Below the pieces are notes generated by a model that worked only from the letters and a program-made list of their open reading frames with translations, searched no databases and was not told the origin of the DNA. A stretch of DNA of 64,000 nucleotides from assembly GCA_964566945.1 (NCBI GenBank), contig CAZMKE010000019.1, forward strand, positions 19,034 to 83,033, in the 5' to 3' direction. Position numbers and translations under genes: made by a program. This stretch comes from an uncultured Verrucomicrobiota bacterium. Lineage in GTDB: Bacteria; Verrucomicrobiota; Verrucomicrobiia; Limisphaerales; SXQI01. Shown in pieces: positions 45,723 through 53,915 of the stretch. The stretch's first letter is position 1; each line of letters opens with the position of its first letter.

Positions 45723-46347
45723 AATCCAAGGAAGCTCGCGAATTCTCTTTTAGAGACACCCGGCGCTCCAGCCTATTCTTGCCGCCCCACCACGCCGTTA
45801 CGGTGAAATCCCCGCCCGGCAATCCGCTCAACCGAAATCTGCCATTCTCGTCCACCGTCACGAAATAGGGTGTTTCGAGCACAAGGATCAGCCCGCGCAT
45901 CTGTGCGTGCTCATCGCAGCGCACCGTCACCAGGCCCGGAGCCTCGAACGCCTGGACCATCGGCTTGGGATCGTGCGGCCGACATACGCCCAACTCGAAC
46001 CTTTTCGCCGCCGAATACGAGAAGAGGCCATGCGCCACGCGGTCTTCGTTCACGAATTCCACTCGCGTCCCTACTTGGATGGGCAAAACCGGTGGATCAA
46101 AGGCCAGGCTTCTCGCCACCAGTCGCACGGTCTTCTCCGCGCACGGCGACGAAATGCCGGTGAGATAAACGACCGCCCGTGGCGCCCGCGCCGAAGTGAC
46201 CGATCCACTCCCTGCGCCGCCTTCGTCTGTCGCTCCTGGGCGTCCCGGCCCCGCCAGCCAAACCCGCCCCTCGATTATAGAGTCTGCTCGCGGCGCAAAC
46301 ACGCAGGCGGTCAACGCGAGTGCAGCGAGAGCCTTGCCCATGATCAT
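45691..46347 (-). CDS. Secreted cupredoxin (plastocyanin-like) + carboxypeptidase-regulatory-like domain protein
   Basis: Trimmed to the ATG at 46347 (MIMGKALAALALTACVFAPRADS). It contains FDPPVLPIQVGTRVEFVNEDRVAHGLFS...GLVTVRCDEHAQMRGLILV, an H...C-x2-H-x2-M blue-copper-like ligand pattern. This is followed by VTVDENGRFRLSGLPGGDFTVTAWW. Confidence 0.65.
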   Translation of the reverse strand: MIMGKALAALALTACVFAPRADSIIEGRVWLAGPGRPGATDEGGAGSGSVTSARAPRAVVYLTGISSPCAEKTVRLVARSLAFDPPVLPIQVGTRVEFVNEDRVAHGLFSYSAAKRFELGVCRPHDPKPMVQAFEAPGLVTVRCDEHAQMRGLILVLETPYFVTVDENGRFRLSGLPGGDFTVTAWWGGKNRLERRVSLKENSRASLDFEFPRGGGSK

Positions 46348-46394
46348 TCCCCGGAATTTCACAGCCCCGGCCGATGCGCGTAAAGAAGCAATCC

Positions 46395-46410
46395 GTAACA
46401 GCGTTGTTAC
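46395..46410. promoter_or_regulatory. Perfect 16-bp palindrome GTAACA-GCGT-TGTTAC upstream of the cupredoxin/CHASE2 operon (possible operator)
   Basis: Seen directly in the sequence, ~48 nt upstream of the ATG at 46347. Its function is unknown. Confidence 0.25.
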
Positions 46411-46496
46411 GCGGTTTGCACGAGCACCAAATACCAGGGAACGAAAGATGAACCGCCGAAGCGGTTCACCTCGCTGGACTGGAGCAGTCCAGCGGG

Positions 46497-46524
46497 ACAA
46501 AAAAGCCCGGCGCAAGCGCCGGGC
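46497..46524 (-). terminator. Rho-independent terminator of glgP
   Basis: On the minus strand, GCCCGGCG-cttg-CGCCGGGC (8-bp GC stem, 4-nt loop) is followed by TTTTTTG. It starts 17 nt after the glgP stop. Confidence 0.7.
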
Positions 46525-46540
46525 TCAAAGCAGCGGTTAG

Positions 46541-48688
46541 TTACCTTGTCTTGTAGTACTTCTCGGTGTAGTCCTGGACCATCCGGGAGGTGCTGTATTT
46601 GGCCGCGAGAGTCATCATGGCCCGGCGGACCATCTTGAGCCATTCCCGGGGGATGCCTTGGGCATCACGGTTGTAGAATTTCGGAATGACCTGCTCGGTC
46701 AGTGTTTTGTAAAGGTTGGCGCTGTCCTGGCGATCCTGCTCCTCGACATTGTCCGGATGCGAATCGTCGCCAATGGCGAAGCCGTTGGTCCCGTCGTAGC
46801 CTTCACGCCACCAGCCATCGAGAATGCTCAGGTTCACGCAGCCATGGGAGGTGGTTTTCTGGCCGCTGGTGCCGGAGGCTTCAAGAGGGCGGCGCGGGTT
46901 GTTCAACCAGACGTCGCAGCCGGAAACCATCTGGCGGGCGACATGGATATCGTAGTTCTCGACAAAAACGAGGTGCCCTTTCAAGTCGCTGAACTTGCTG
47001 AGGTGAATGATGTGTTGAATGAAGCGCTTGCCATCGTCATCGCGCGGGTGGGCTTTGCCGGCAAAAATGAACTGGACGGGGCGCTGCCGGTCATGGACCA
47101 GACTCATGATATTGTCGAACTGCTGGAAGATGAGCGGAGCGCGCTTGTAGGTGGCGAAGCGGCGGGCGAACCCGATGGTGAGCGCATCGGGATTGAGCAA
47201 TTGGTCGAACGCGATGAAATCGCCTTGCGAGAGGCGCTGGCCCTGCAGCAGGAGGCGCCGGCGGGCGAATTCGATCAATTCCCGGCGGAGTTTGTAGCGA
47301 AGAGCCCAGAGTTCCTCGTCGGAGACAAAGGTGGGATCGGCCATGCGATTCCAGAACTCGGGCCGATTGACTTCATTTTCCCAATCAACGCCGCCGCCCG
47401 CGGAGCCGAGCTTGCGCCGCCAAAAACGCCGGACTGGACCTTTCATCCAGCCGAGCAGGTGGACGCCATTGGTGATGTGGCCGATCGGGACCTGGTCGAC
47501 GGTAACATTGGGGAAGAGGCCGTGCCACATCTCGCGGCTGACGCGGCCGTGCAGTTCACTGACGCCGTTGGCCGCGCGCGATCCTTTGAGGGCGAGCACG
47601 GTCATGCAGAACGGCTCCGCCTCGTTTTTGGGATCGACCCGACCAAGGCCGAGAAACTCGGAACTCGTGAGCTTGAGCTGCTGCTGCATCTTCATCAGCG
47701 CGTAGTTCATCAGGTCGGGCGTGAACCGGTCATGCCCGGCTTCGACCGGGGTATGGGTGGTGAAGATGCATTCTTTTTTGGCGGCTTCGAGGGCGGTGGC
47801 GAGGTTGGCGCCGGCGGCCATCTTCTCGCGGAGCAATTCAAAAACGAGGAAGGCGGCGTGGCCTTCGTTCATATGGAAGACGGAAGGAGCGACGCCCAGG
47901 GCGCGCATGAGGCGAACCCCGCCGATGCCGAGGAGGATCTCCTGCATGACGCGGGTGGTGCTATCGCCACCGTAAACGCGCAAGGTGAGATCGCGAAAGC
48001 GCTGCTCGTTCTCGGGCCGGTTCGAATCGATGAGGTAAACCGGGCAGCGCCCGACGTTGATGCGCCAGGCCTGGAAATAAACGGTGCTCATGGCGAGCTC
48101 GACCGAGCAGACGAGCGGCTCGCCGCGCGCATCGAGCACGGGCTCGATCGCGAGATTGCGCGGGTTCAGGAGGGTGTAGTAATCGACCTGCCAATTCTCA
48201 TGGTTGATCGCCTGCTGAAAGTACCCTTCGCGATAGAAGAGGCTGATGCCCACAAAGCCCAGGCCGAGATCGCTGGCCGCCTTGGCATGGTCTCCGGCGA
48301 GAATGCCGAGACCGCCCGCGGCGATCGGAAGGCTTTCATGAAAGCCAAACTCGGCGCTGAAATAGGCGACGGGGGTTTTTGCGAGCTGAGGGGCATTCTG
48401 GGCGGCCCAGGTATCCCGGAAGCCCATGTAGGCATCAAACTTCCGCAAAACCTCGCGTACGCGGCAGGCAAATTCGTGATCCTGCAGGCGAACGCGCAAT
48501 TCGTACTCGGAGACCTCGTGCAAAACCGCCACCGCATTGTGGTAGAGATTCTGCCAACCCCGAGGAGAAAGCTCCTGAAAGACTTCTTGCGCTTCCTGGT
48601 TCCAAGTCCACCAGAGGTTGCGTGCCAAACGATTCAAGCCGAGGACCATTTCGCCGACCTCGTTGGACGCGATTGTCAAATTATCCAT
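46541..48688 (-). CDS. glgP: Alpha-glucan phosphorylase (GT35 family, 'alpha-glucan family phosphorylase' type)
   Basis: 715 aa. It contains LPIAAGGLGILAGDHAKAASDLGLGFVGISLFYREGYFQQ, FTTHTPVEAGHD and the PLP-lysine region LEASGTSGQK. The 721-aa + ORF 46658..48823 is its shadow. Confidence 0.9.
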   Translation of the reverse strand: MDNLTIASNEVGEMVLGLNRLARNLWWTWNQEAQEVFQELSPRGWQNLYHNAVAVLHEVSEYELRVRLQDHEFACRVREVLRKFDAYMGFRDTWAAQNAPQLAKTPVAYFSAEFGFHESLPIAAGGLGILAGDHAKAASDLGLGFVGISLFYREGYFQQAINHENWQVDYYTLLNPRNLAIEPVLDARGEPLVCSVELAMSTVYFQAWRINVGRCPVYLIDSNRPENEQRFRDLTLRVYGGDSTTRVMQEILLGIGGVRLMRALGVAPSVFHMNEGHAAFLVFELLREKMAAGANLATALEAAKKECIFTTHTPVEAGHDRFTPDLMNYALMKMQQQLKLTSSEFLGLGRVDPKNEAEPFCMTVLALKGSRAANGVSELHGRVSREMWHGLFPNVTVDQVPIGHITNGVHLLGWMKGPVRRFWRRKLGSAGGGVDWENEVNRPEFWNRMADPTFVSDEELWALRYKLRRELIEFARRRLLLQGQRLSQGDFIAFDQLLNPDALTIGFARRFATYKRAPLIFQQFDNIMSLVHDRQRPVQFIFAGKAHPRDDDGKRFIQHIIHLSKFSDLKGHLVFVENYDIHVARQMVSGCDVWLNNPRRPLEASGTSGQKTTSHGCVNLSILDGWWREGYDGTNGFAIGDDSHPDNVEEQDRQDSANLYKTLTEQVIPKFYNRDAQGIPREWLKMVRRAMMTLAAKYSTSRMVQDYTEKYYKTR

Positions 48689-48907
48689 ACATTTCTCTCA
48701 CCACCGGCGGAGGTTGTAGCCGCACCTCCCGCCGAACGCAAGGCGGACGGCGCGGTTTTTCGACCAGCGCCGGAGGCGAAGTCCGACCTTTCTCCTTTTC
48801 CGACAACGCTTTTCCGGGCCTGACAGGGTCGGGATTTGGAGGTAGGATGAAAGTCTCGCGACCAGCCGGGGCTGCCATTGATCGAACCCCGCATCCTGGC
48901 CGAGTGA

Positions 48908-51900
48908 GTGGATTTTATGGAAGAGAATGATGTACCGGAGGTAGCGAGGAAACCGTGGGGGAAATGGATCGGCATGGCGCTGGGCGCCATCGTAGTAATT
49001 CTGGTCCTGGTTTTCTTCATCGCCACCAGCTCGCCCTTCATCAAGGGCTTTATTCTGCCCAAAGCCGGAGCGGCCATGAACGCCAAGATAACGGCTGGAG
49101 ACATTTCCCTGAGCCCCTTCTCGCAGCTGGATATCCGGCAGCTCAAGGTCGAGACCACCGGGGCCGAACCGCTGCTCTCGGCCGAAGAGGTGCGCGTGCG
49201 TTACTCGCTGATGGACATCCTCAAGGGGAACATCAAGGTGGACGAACTCACCCTGACCTCGCCCGTGATCAACATCGTCCAGGAAGCCGATGGAACGAGC
49301 AATCTCGACCCTTTGACCCAGGGACCAAAGAAGGCCGCACAGCCAAAATCCAAGGAGCCCACCAAGCTGGCGGTGCAGAACATTTCCCTGAAGAACGGCA
49401 TTATTCGCCAGAGCCAGAAAGCCAAAGATGGCTCGTCCCAGCGCACGGAACTGCAAGGCGTGAATATCACCCTGGACCGGCTCGGGAACGGACAAATGGG
49501 CCATCTGCAGCTGGCTACTTCCTTTGCCCTGGAACAGAAGCAGGGCCAGACCAACAGCACGCTGAGCGGGCAGGTCTCGGGCGGTTACGACATTTCGCTC
49601 AACTCCGAACTGATGCCGGACACATTGAAGGGAGCAGTAAAACTCACGGTAGCTCGCGCCGATGGCTCGTTCAAAGAATTGAACGGGTTTAATGGTTCGC
49701 TGGATGCGGATCTGACTCCGAAGGAGATCCGGCAGATCGCTTTGAAGTTCGCCCGCAACGATCAGCCACTCGGCCAGGTGCGCGTCAGCGGCCCGCTGGA
49801 TTTGGACAAGAAGGAGGGCAACCTGAAGCTGATCATCGATTCGATCGACAAGAATGTCCTGGGGCTGGCAGCGGCCGGCAAAGGCTACGATTTCGGCAAT
49901 TCACAGATCAACTCCACCAATCAGATCACCATCGCGCAGGCCGGCTCTTTCTTCTCGGCGGCGGGCAATCTGGCGGCGACGCGCGTAACCCTGGCCCAGG
50001 GCGCGGCCAAGACGCCCGAGCTTAACCTCAACGTCGAATACCAAGTCTCCGTGAATGCAACGGATAAATCGGCGATTTTGCAAAAGCTGAATTTGAGCGG
50101 CGCCGCGAATGGCAGCGAGTTCCTGCGGTCGGAATTGGACCGCCAGATGAACGTGTCCTGGGGCACGCAGGTCAAGGGGTACCGCGATGCCGGGCTGAAG
50201 CTGGTGGTGACCAACTTGAACGTGGCGGATTGGCAGGCCGTGGCCGGCACCAACATCAGTGCGGGCGTGGCCAATGTCCGGCTGGCCATTGTGTCCCAGC
50301 AAGATGGCAAGCTCCTGAACATCGATCTGGCCGCGCAGGTCAATGGCTTGAACGCGAAGTTCGGCACGAACCAGCTGAGCAATGCCGGAGTAACGCTCGA
50401 GAGCACCGGAACGGTCGAGCAATTCAAGGTCATCAATCTCCCGCGCTACAGCCTGGCGCTGCGCCAGAACGACGCCCAGGTCCTGCAAGCCAACGGGTCC
50501 GCCCGCTACGTGCTGGACTCGAAGGAATCCACCGCGCAGCTCAGCCTCGAAGCGCCCCTGGCCCGCTTGCTGGCCCTGGCCCCGATGCCGGACGCCAAAG
50601 CGGCCAACGGCACGCTGAAAGCGGCGGCCAAATATAGCGATGACGGCAGCAAGCGCAGCGCCGTGGGCAATCTGGGCCTTGCCGATTTCACGGGAAATTA
50701 TCAGGCCTACGCCTTTACGAACTTCAACGTGGGCCTGGAATACAACATCGATGTCGACAAGCGGGACCTGACGCTGAATCGCACCGCGTTAACCGTCAAT
50801 CAAGGGTTCAACCGGGGCGGCACGGTGGAAATCAAAGGCAAGTACAGCCTCGAAAACAAGGGCGGCCAGTTCAACTTCAGCACGGTGGACCTGAACCAGA
50901 ATCTTTTCGGACCCGTGCTCGCGCCGTCGCTGGGAGACAATCAACTGGTGTCGATCAGCCTGAACGCGTCGGGTGAAGCGAAACTCGATCCCCAGGCGGA
51001 AAGCTCCATCAAGGCGGACTTGAGCATCACCAACTGGGTGGTGCAGGACAAGGCAGGGAAACTTCCGAAAACGCCTCTGGCCATGAGCATGAAGGTCGAC
51101 GGTGGGATGAAGAAGGAAGCGGTCGATCTGCGCCAGTTCCTCCTCCAGCTCTCCCCGACTCCCCGGGCCAAGAACGCATTGCTCCTCCAGGCGAAACTGG
51201 ATCTGGCCAAGACCAATCCAGCGCCCAGCACGCTCACCCTTTCCTCCGAGTCACTGGATTTGACTCCTTACTATGAGATGTTTGCCGGCAAGAGCGGCAC
51301 GAATGCGACCGCGGCCAAAACAGGATCGAGCGCCCCGGCGCCCGCGCCGGCCCAGCCGCAAACCGAACCGGCCGCGATGCAACTTCCGTTCCAGCAATTC
51401 ACCGCGGATTTGAAGATCGACCGCTTGTATTTGCGGGACGTGGCGATTTCCAACTGGGTGGGCAAGGTGGCGATTCGCTCGAATGTAGTTCAGATCAATC
51501 CGTTCCAGCTGCAGATGAACGGCGCCCCGATGAACCTGAGCGGCACCGTGAACGTGGGCCTGCCCGGGTATATCTATGACATGGCGTTCAAGGCGGATTC
51601 CGTTCCCCTGGCGCCCCTTGTCAATTCCTTCGGCAATGGCCAGACCAATCTGCTCCAGGGCAATTTCGTGGCAGACGCGCAGATTCGCGGAGCTGGAACG
51701 ACGGGGCCGAACCTGCGCAAGAACCTCGGGGGAAATCTGAACCTCAATCTCACGAACCTGAACTATCAGATCATCGGCCCCAAACTGCGCCGGGTGATCG
51801 TTCCGATCTCGATCGCGCTGCAGGTGCCGCAATTGCCCGATTCCCCGATCGATTGGGTGTCCGCTCAAACGGATATCGGGAACGGCGTGGTGACCCTGAA

Positions 51901-52513
51901 ACATCTGGGAGTAGAGTCCGCCGCCTTCTACGCGGAAAGCGCGGGAACGATTACGCTCGCGGACGTGCTGACCAATTCCACGTTGAATCTGCCGCTCGAC
52001 CTTTCGTTGAACCGAACGCTGGCCCAGAACACGAAAATCGCCCAGGCGGACAACAGCACCAATGCGAGCAAATATGTGAAACTCACCCGCTTCGCCTCGA
52101 TAAAAGGGACGCTCGGCGCTCCCGAGACGGATATCAACAAGCTGGCGCTGGCCGGCATGGCCCTCAAGGGAGTGGCGGCTCTGGGCTTAGGAGATGGCAA
52201 GGCCGGGCAGGCCCTGGGTTCCGTAGGAAATCTGCTCACCGGCCAGGGCAGCGGCGCGAATGCGGCCGGCACCAACACCGCGGCCGGCGTGGTGCAGGGG
52301 ATCGGTTCGCTCCTCGGAAACAAGCCCGCAACGAACTCCACCGCCGCGGCGACCAATGACACAACGAGCAGCCTGGTCCGAGGACTAGGCGGACTGCTCA
52401 GCCAACCGGCGGCCGCAACCAACGCGACCAAGGTGGATACCAATGCGGTGGTGACCAACGCCGTGCAAAACGCCCTGGATTCGCTCCTGCGGCCCAAGAC
52501 CAAAAAGAAGTAA
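48908..52513 (+). CDS. AsmA/TamB-like large envelope protein
   Basis: 1201 aa with an N-terminal TM anchor WIGMALGAIVVILVLVFFIATS. This is followed by FIKGFILPKAGAAMNAKITAGDISLSPFSQLDIRQLKV, typical of the AsmA/DUF748 N-terminus. A long beta-rich, N/T/L-rich body and a Gly/Ala/Thr-rich tail follow. The start could be the GTG at 48908 or the ATG at 48917. Confidence 0.65.
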   Translation: MDFMEENDVPEVARKPWGKWIGMALGAIVVILVLVFFIATSSPFIKGFILPKAGAAMNAKITAGDISLSPFSQLDIRQLKVETTGAEPLLSAEEVRVRYSLMDILKGNIKVDELTLTSPVINIVQEADGTSNLDPLTQGPKKAAQPKSKEPTKLAVQNISLKNGIIRQSQKAKDGSSQRTELQGVNITLDRLGNGQMGHLQLATSFALEQKQGQTNSTLSGQVSGGYDISLNSELMPDTLKGAVKLTVARADGSFKELNGFNGSLDADLTPKEIRQIALKFARNDQPLGQVRVSGPLDLDKKEGNLKLIIDSIDKNVLGLAAAGKGYDFGNSQINSTNQITIAQAGSFFSAAGNLAATRVTLAQGAAKTPELNLNVEYQVSVNATDKSAILQKLNLSGAANGSEFLRSELDRQMNVSWGTQVKGYRDAGLKLVVTNLNVADWQAVAGTNISAGVANVRLAIVSQQDGKLLNIDLAAQVNGLNAKFGTNQLSNAGVTLESTGTVEQFKVINLPRYSLALRQNDAQVLQANGSARYVLDSKESTAQLSLEAPLARLLALAPMPDAKAANGTLKAAAKYSDDGSKRSAVGNLGLADFTGNYQAYAFTNFNVGLEYNIDVDKRDLTLNRTALTVNQGFNRGGTVEIKGKYSLENKGGQFNFSTVDLNQNLFGPVLAPSLGDNQLVSISLNASGEAKLDPQAESSIKADLSITNWVVQDKAGKLPKTPLAMSMKVDGGMKKEAVDLRQFLLQLSPTPRAKNALLLQAKLDLAKTNPAPSTLTLSSESLDLTPYYEMFAGKSGTNATAAKTGSSAPAPAPAQPQTEPAAMQLPFQQFTADLKIDRLYLRDVAISNWVGKVAIRSNVVQINPFQLQMNGAPMNLSGTVNVGLPGYIYDMAFKADSVPLAPLVNSFGNGQTNLLQGNFVADAQIRGAGTTGPNLRKNLGGNLNLNLTNLNYQIIGPKLRRVIVPISIALQVPQLPDSPIDWVSAQTDIGNGVVTLKHLGVESAAFYAESAGTITLADVLTNSTLNLPLDLSLNRTLAQNTKIAQADNSTNASKYVKLTRFASIKGTLGAPETDINKLALAGMALKGVAALGLGDGKAGQALGSVGNLLTGQGSGANAAGTNTAAGVVQGIGSLLGNKPATNSTAAATNDTTSSLVRGLGGLLSQPAAATNATKVDTNAVVTNAVQNALDSLLRPKTKKK

Positions 52514-52523
52514 CCGTTTTTCC

Positions 52524-53903
52524 ATGGAGAAAATCGCCGAGTATCTCAAACAGAATAAAAAACGGTTCCTTCAGGAACTCATCGACTACGTCCGCATCCC
52601 GAGCGTTTCCGCCCAGGAAACGCATCGGGAGGACATGGGGCGGGCGGCGGCCTGGATCGCGAGGCGCGCGGAGGCAGCTGGGCTGACGCCGAAAATCTAC
52701 GAAACCAAAGGGCATCCAATCGTTCTGGCACGCACTCCCCGCCGTAAAGGGCGTCCTCATTTCCTGGTTTATGGCCATTACGATGTGCAGCCAGCCGAGC
52801 CATTTGAACTCTGGACCTCGCCCCCGTTTGAACCGCGCCTCAAGGGGAGCGTGCTTTTCGGCCGAGGCGCCAGCGACAACAAGGGCCAGCATCTGGCCCA
52901 CCTCCAGGCGCTGGAGAGCTATCACGCCACGGGCACTGAATTGCCGTGCGATATTTCCTTCCTGATCGAAGGCGAGGAGGAAGTGGGCAGCAGCCACCTG
53001 GCGGCGTTCCTGCAGAAGCAGCGCAAGGTGCTGGATTGCGATTCGGTGGTGATCTCGGACACCGGAATCCCGAGCCTGGATCAGCCGGCCCTGACCTATT
53101 CCTTGCGCGGCATCGTGGCCCTGGAAGTGATCGTGCACGGGCCTTCGCGCGATCTGCATTCGGGCCTTTTCGGCGGCTCGCTGGAAAATCCGGCGATGGC
53201 CCTCTGCCAGATGCTCGCTCAACTGCGCGACAAGAACGGCCGGATCACCATTCCCGGCTTCTATGACGCGGTGGAACCCCTGAGCAAATTCGAGCGGCAG
53301 CAGATCGCCCGGCTACAGTTTAACGCCAAGGAATACGCGGACTTCCTGGGCGTTCCTCAGCTATTTGGCGAAAAGGGATTTACGCCCAATGAGCAGCGCA
53401 GCGCCCGGCCGACCGTGGAGATCAACGGCCTGACGAGCGGTTATCAAGGCCAGGGAAGCAAAACCATCGTGCCGTCCTGGGCGCGAGCGAAGATCACCTG
53501 CCGCCTGGTGGCGAATCAAAAACCGGACCAGGTGCGCGAAGCGGTCATCTCTCATCTCAAGAAGATCTGTCCTCCCACGGTGCGCCTGGAGATTGAGCCG
53601 GGCCACGGAGGCGATCCTTACAAAGTCGATCCGACAAGCCCGCTTGCCCAAGCCGCCCTCCGGGCGGTGCGCGAGGCGTTCCAGGCGGAACCGGTTCTCC
53701 TGCGCGAAGGCGGGTCGATCCCGATCGTAAATGACTTCAAGCGAATCCTCGGCGCCGAGACATTAATGCTGGGATTGGCGCTGCCCGAGGATAATGCGCA
53801 TTCGCCCAACGAACGCTTCAGCTTGGATTGCTTCGAAAAGGGGCGGATCATGAGCGCGCATCTCTGGCCGGAACTGAGCAAAGCCGCGGGCGCGAAACGG
53901 TAA
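52524..53903 (+). CDS. M20-family dipeptidase (ArgE/DapE/ACY1 superfamily)
   Basis: LVYGHYDVQPAEPFELWTSPPFEP, GRGASDNKGQHLAHL, FLIEGEEEVGS and LALPEDNAHSPNERF are the characteristic M20 metal-ligand motifs. Confidence 0.85.
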   Translation: MEKIAEYLKQNKKRFLQELIDYVRIPSVSAQETHREDMGRAAAWIARRAEAAGLTPKIYETKGHPIVLARTPRRKGRPHFLVYGHYDVQPAEPFELWTSPPFEPRLKGSVLFGRGASDNKGQHLAHLQALESYHATGTELPCDISFLIEGEEEVGSSHLAAFLQKQRKVLDCDSVVISDTGIPSLDQPALTYSLRGIVALEVIVHGPSRDLHSGLFGGSLENPAMALCQMLAQLRDKNGRITIPGFYDAVEPLSKFERQQIARLQFNAKEYADFLGVPQLFGEKGFTPNEQRSARPTVEINGLTSGYQGQGSKTIVPSWARAKITCRLVANQKPDQVREAVISHLKKICPPTVRLEIEPGHGGDPYKVDPTSPLAQAALRAVREAFQAEPVLLREGGSIPIVNDFKRILGAETLMLGLALPEDNAHSPNERFSLDCFEKGRIMSAHLWPELSKAAGAKR

Positions 53904-53915
53904 TCGATCGGTCGA

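Noticed and set aside
46405-46440. A sigma54-like sequence cTGGTATttggTGCTc upstream of the cupredoxin/CHASE2 operon, and TGGCAAcATTGCA at ~6497..6509.
   Set aside because: The GG-to-GC spacing is 2-3 nt shorter than the invariant GG-N10-GC, so these are unlikely to be functional -24/-12 promoters.
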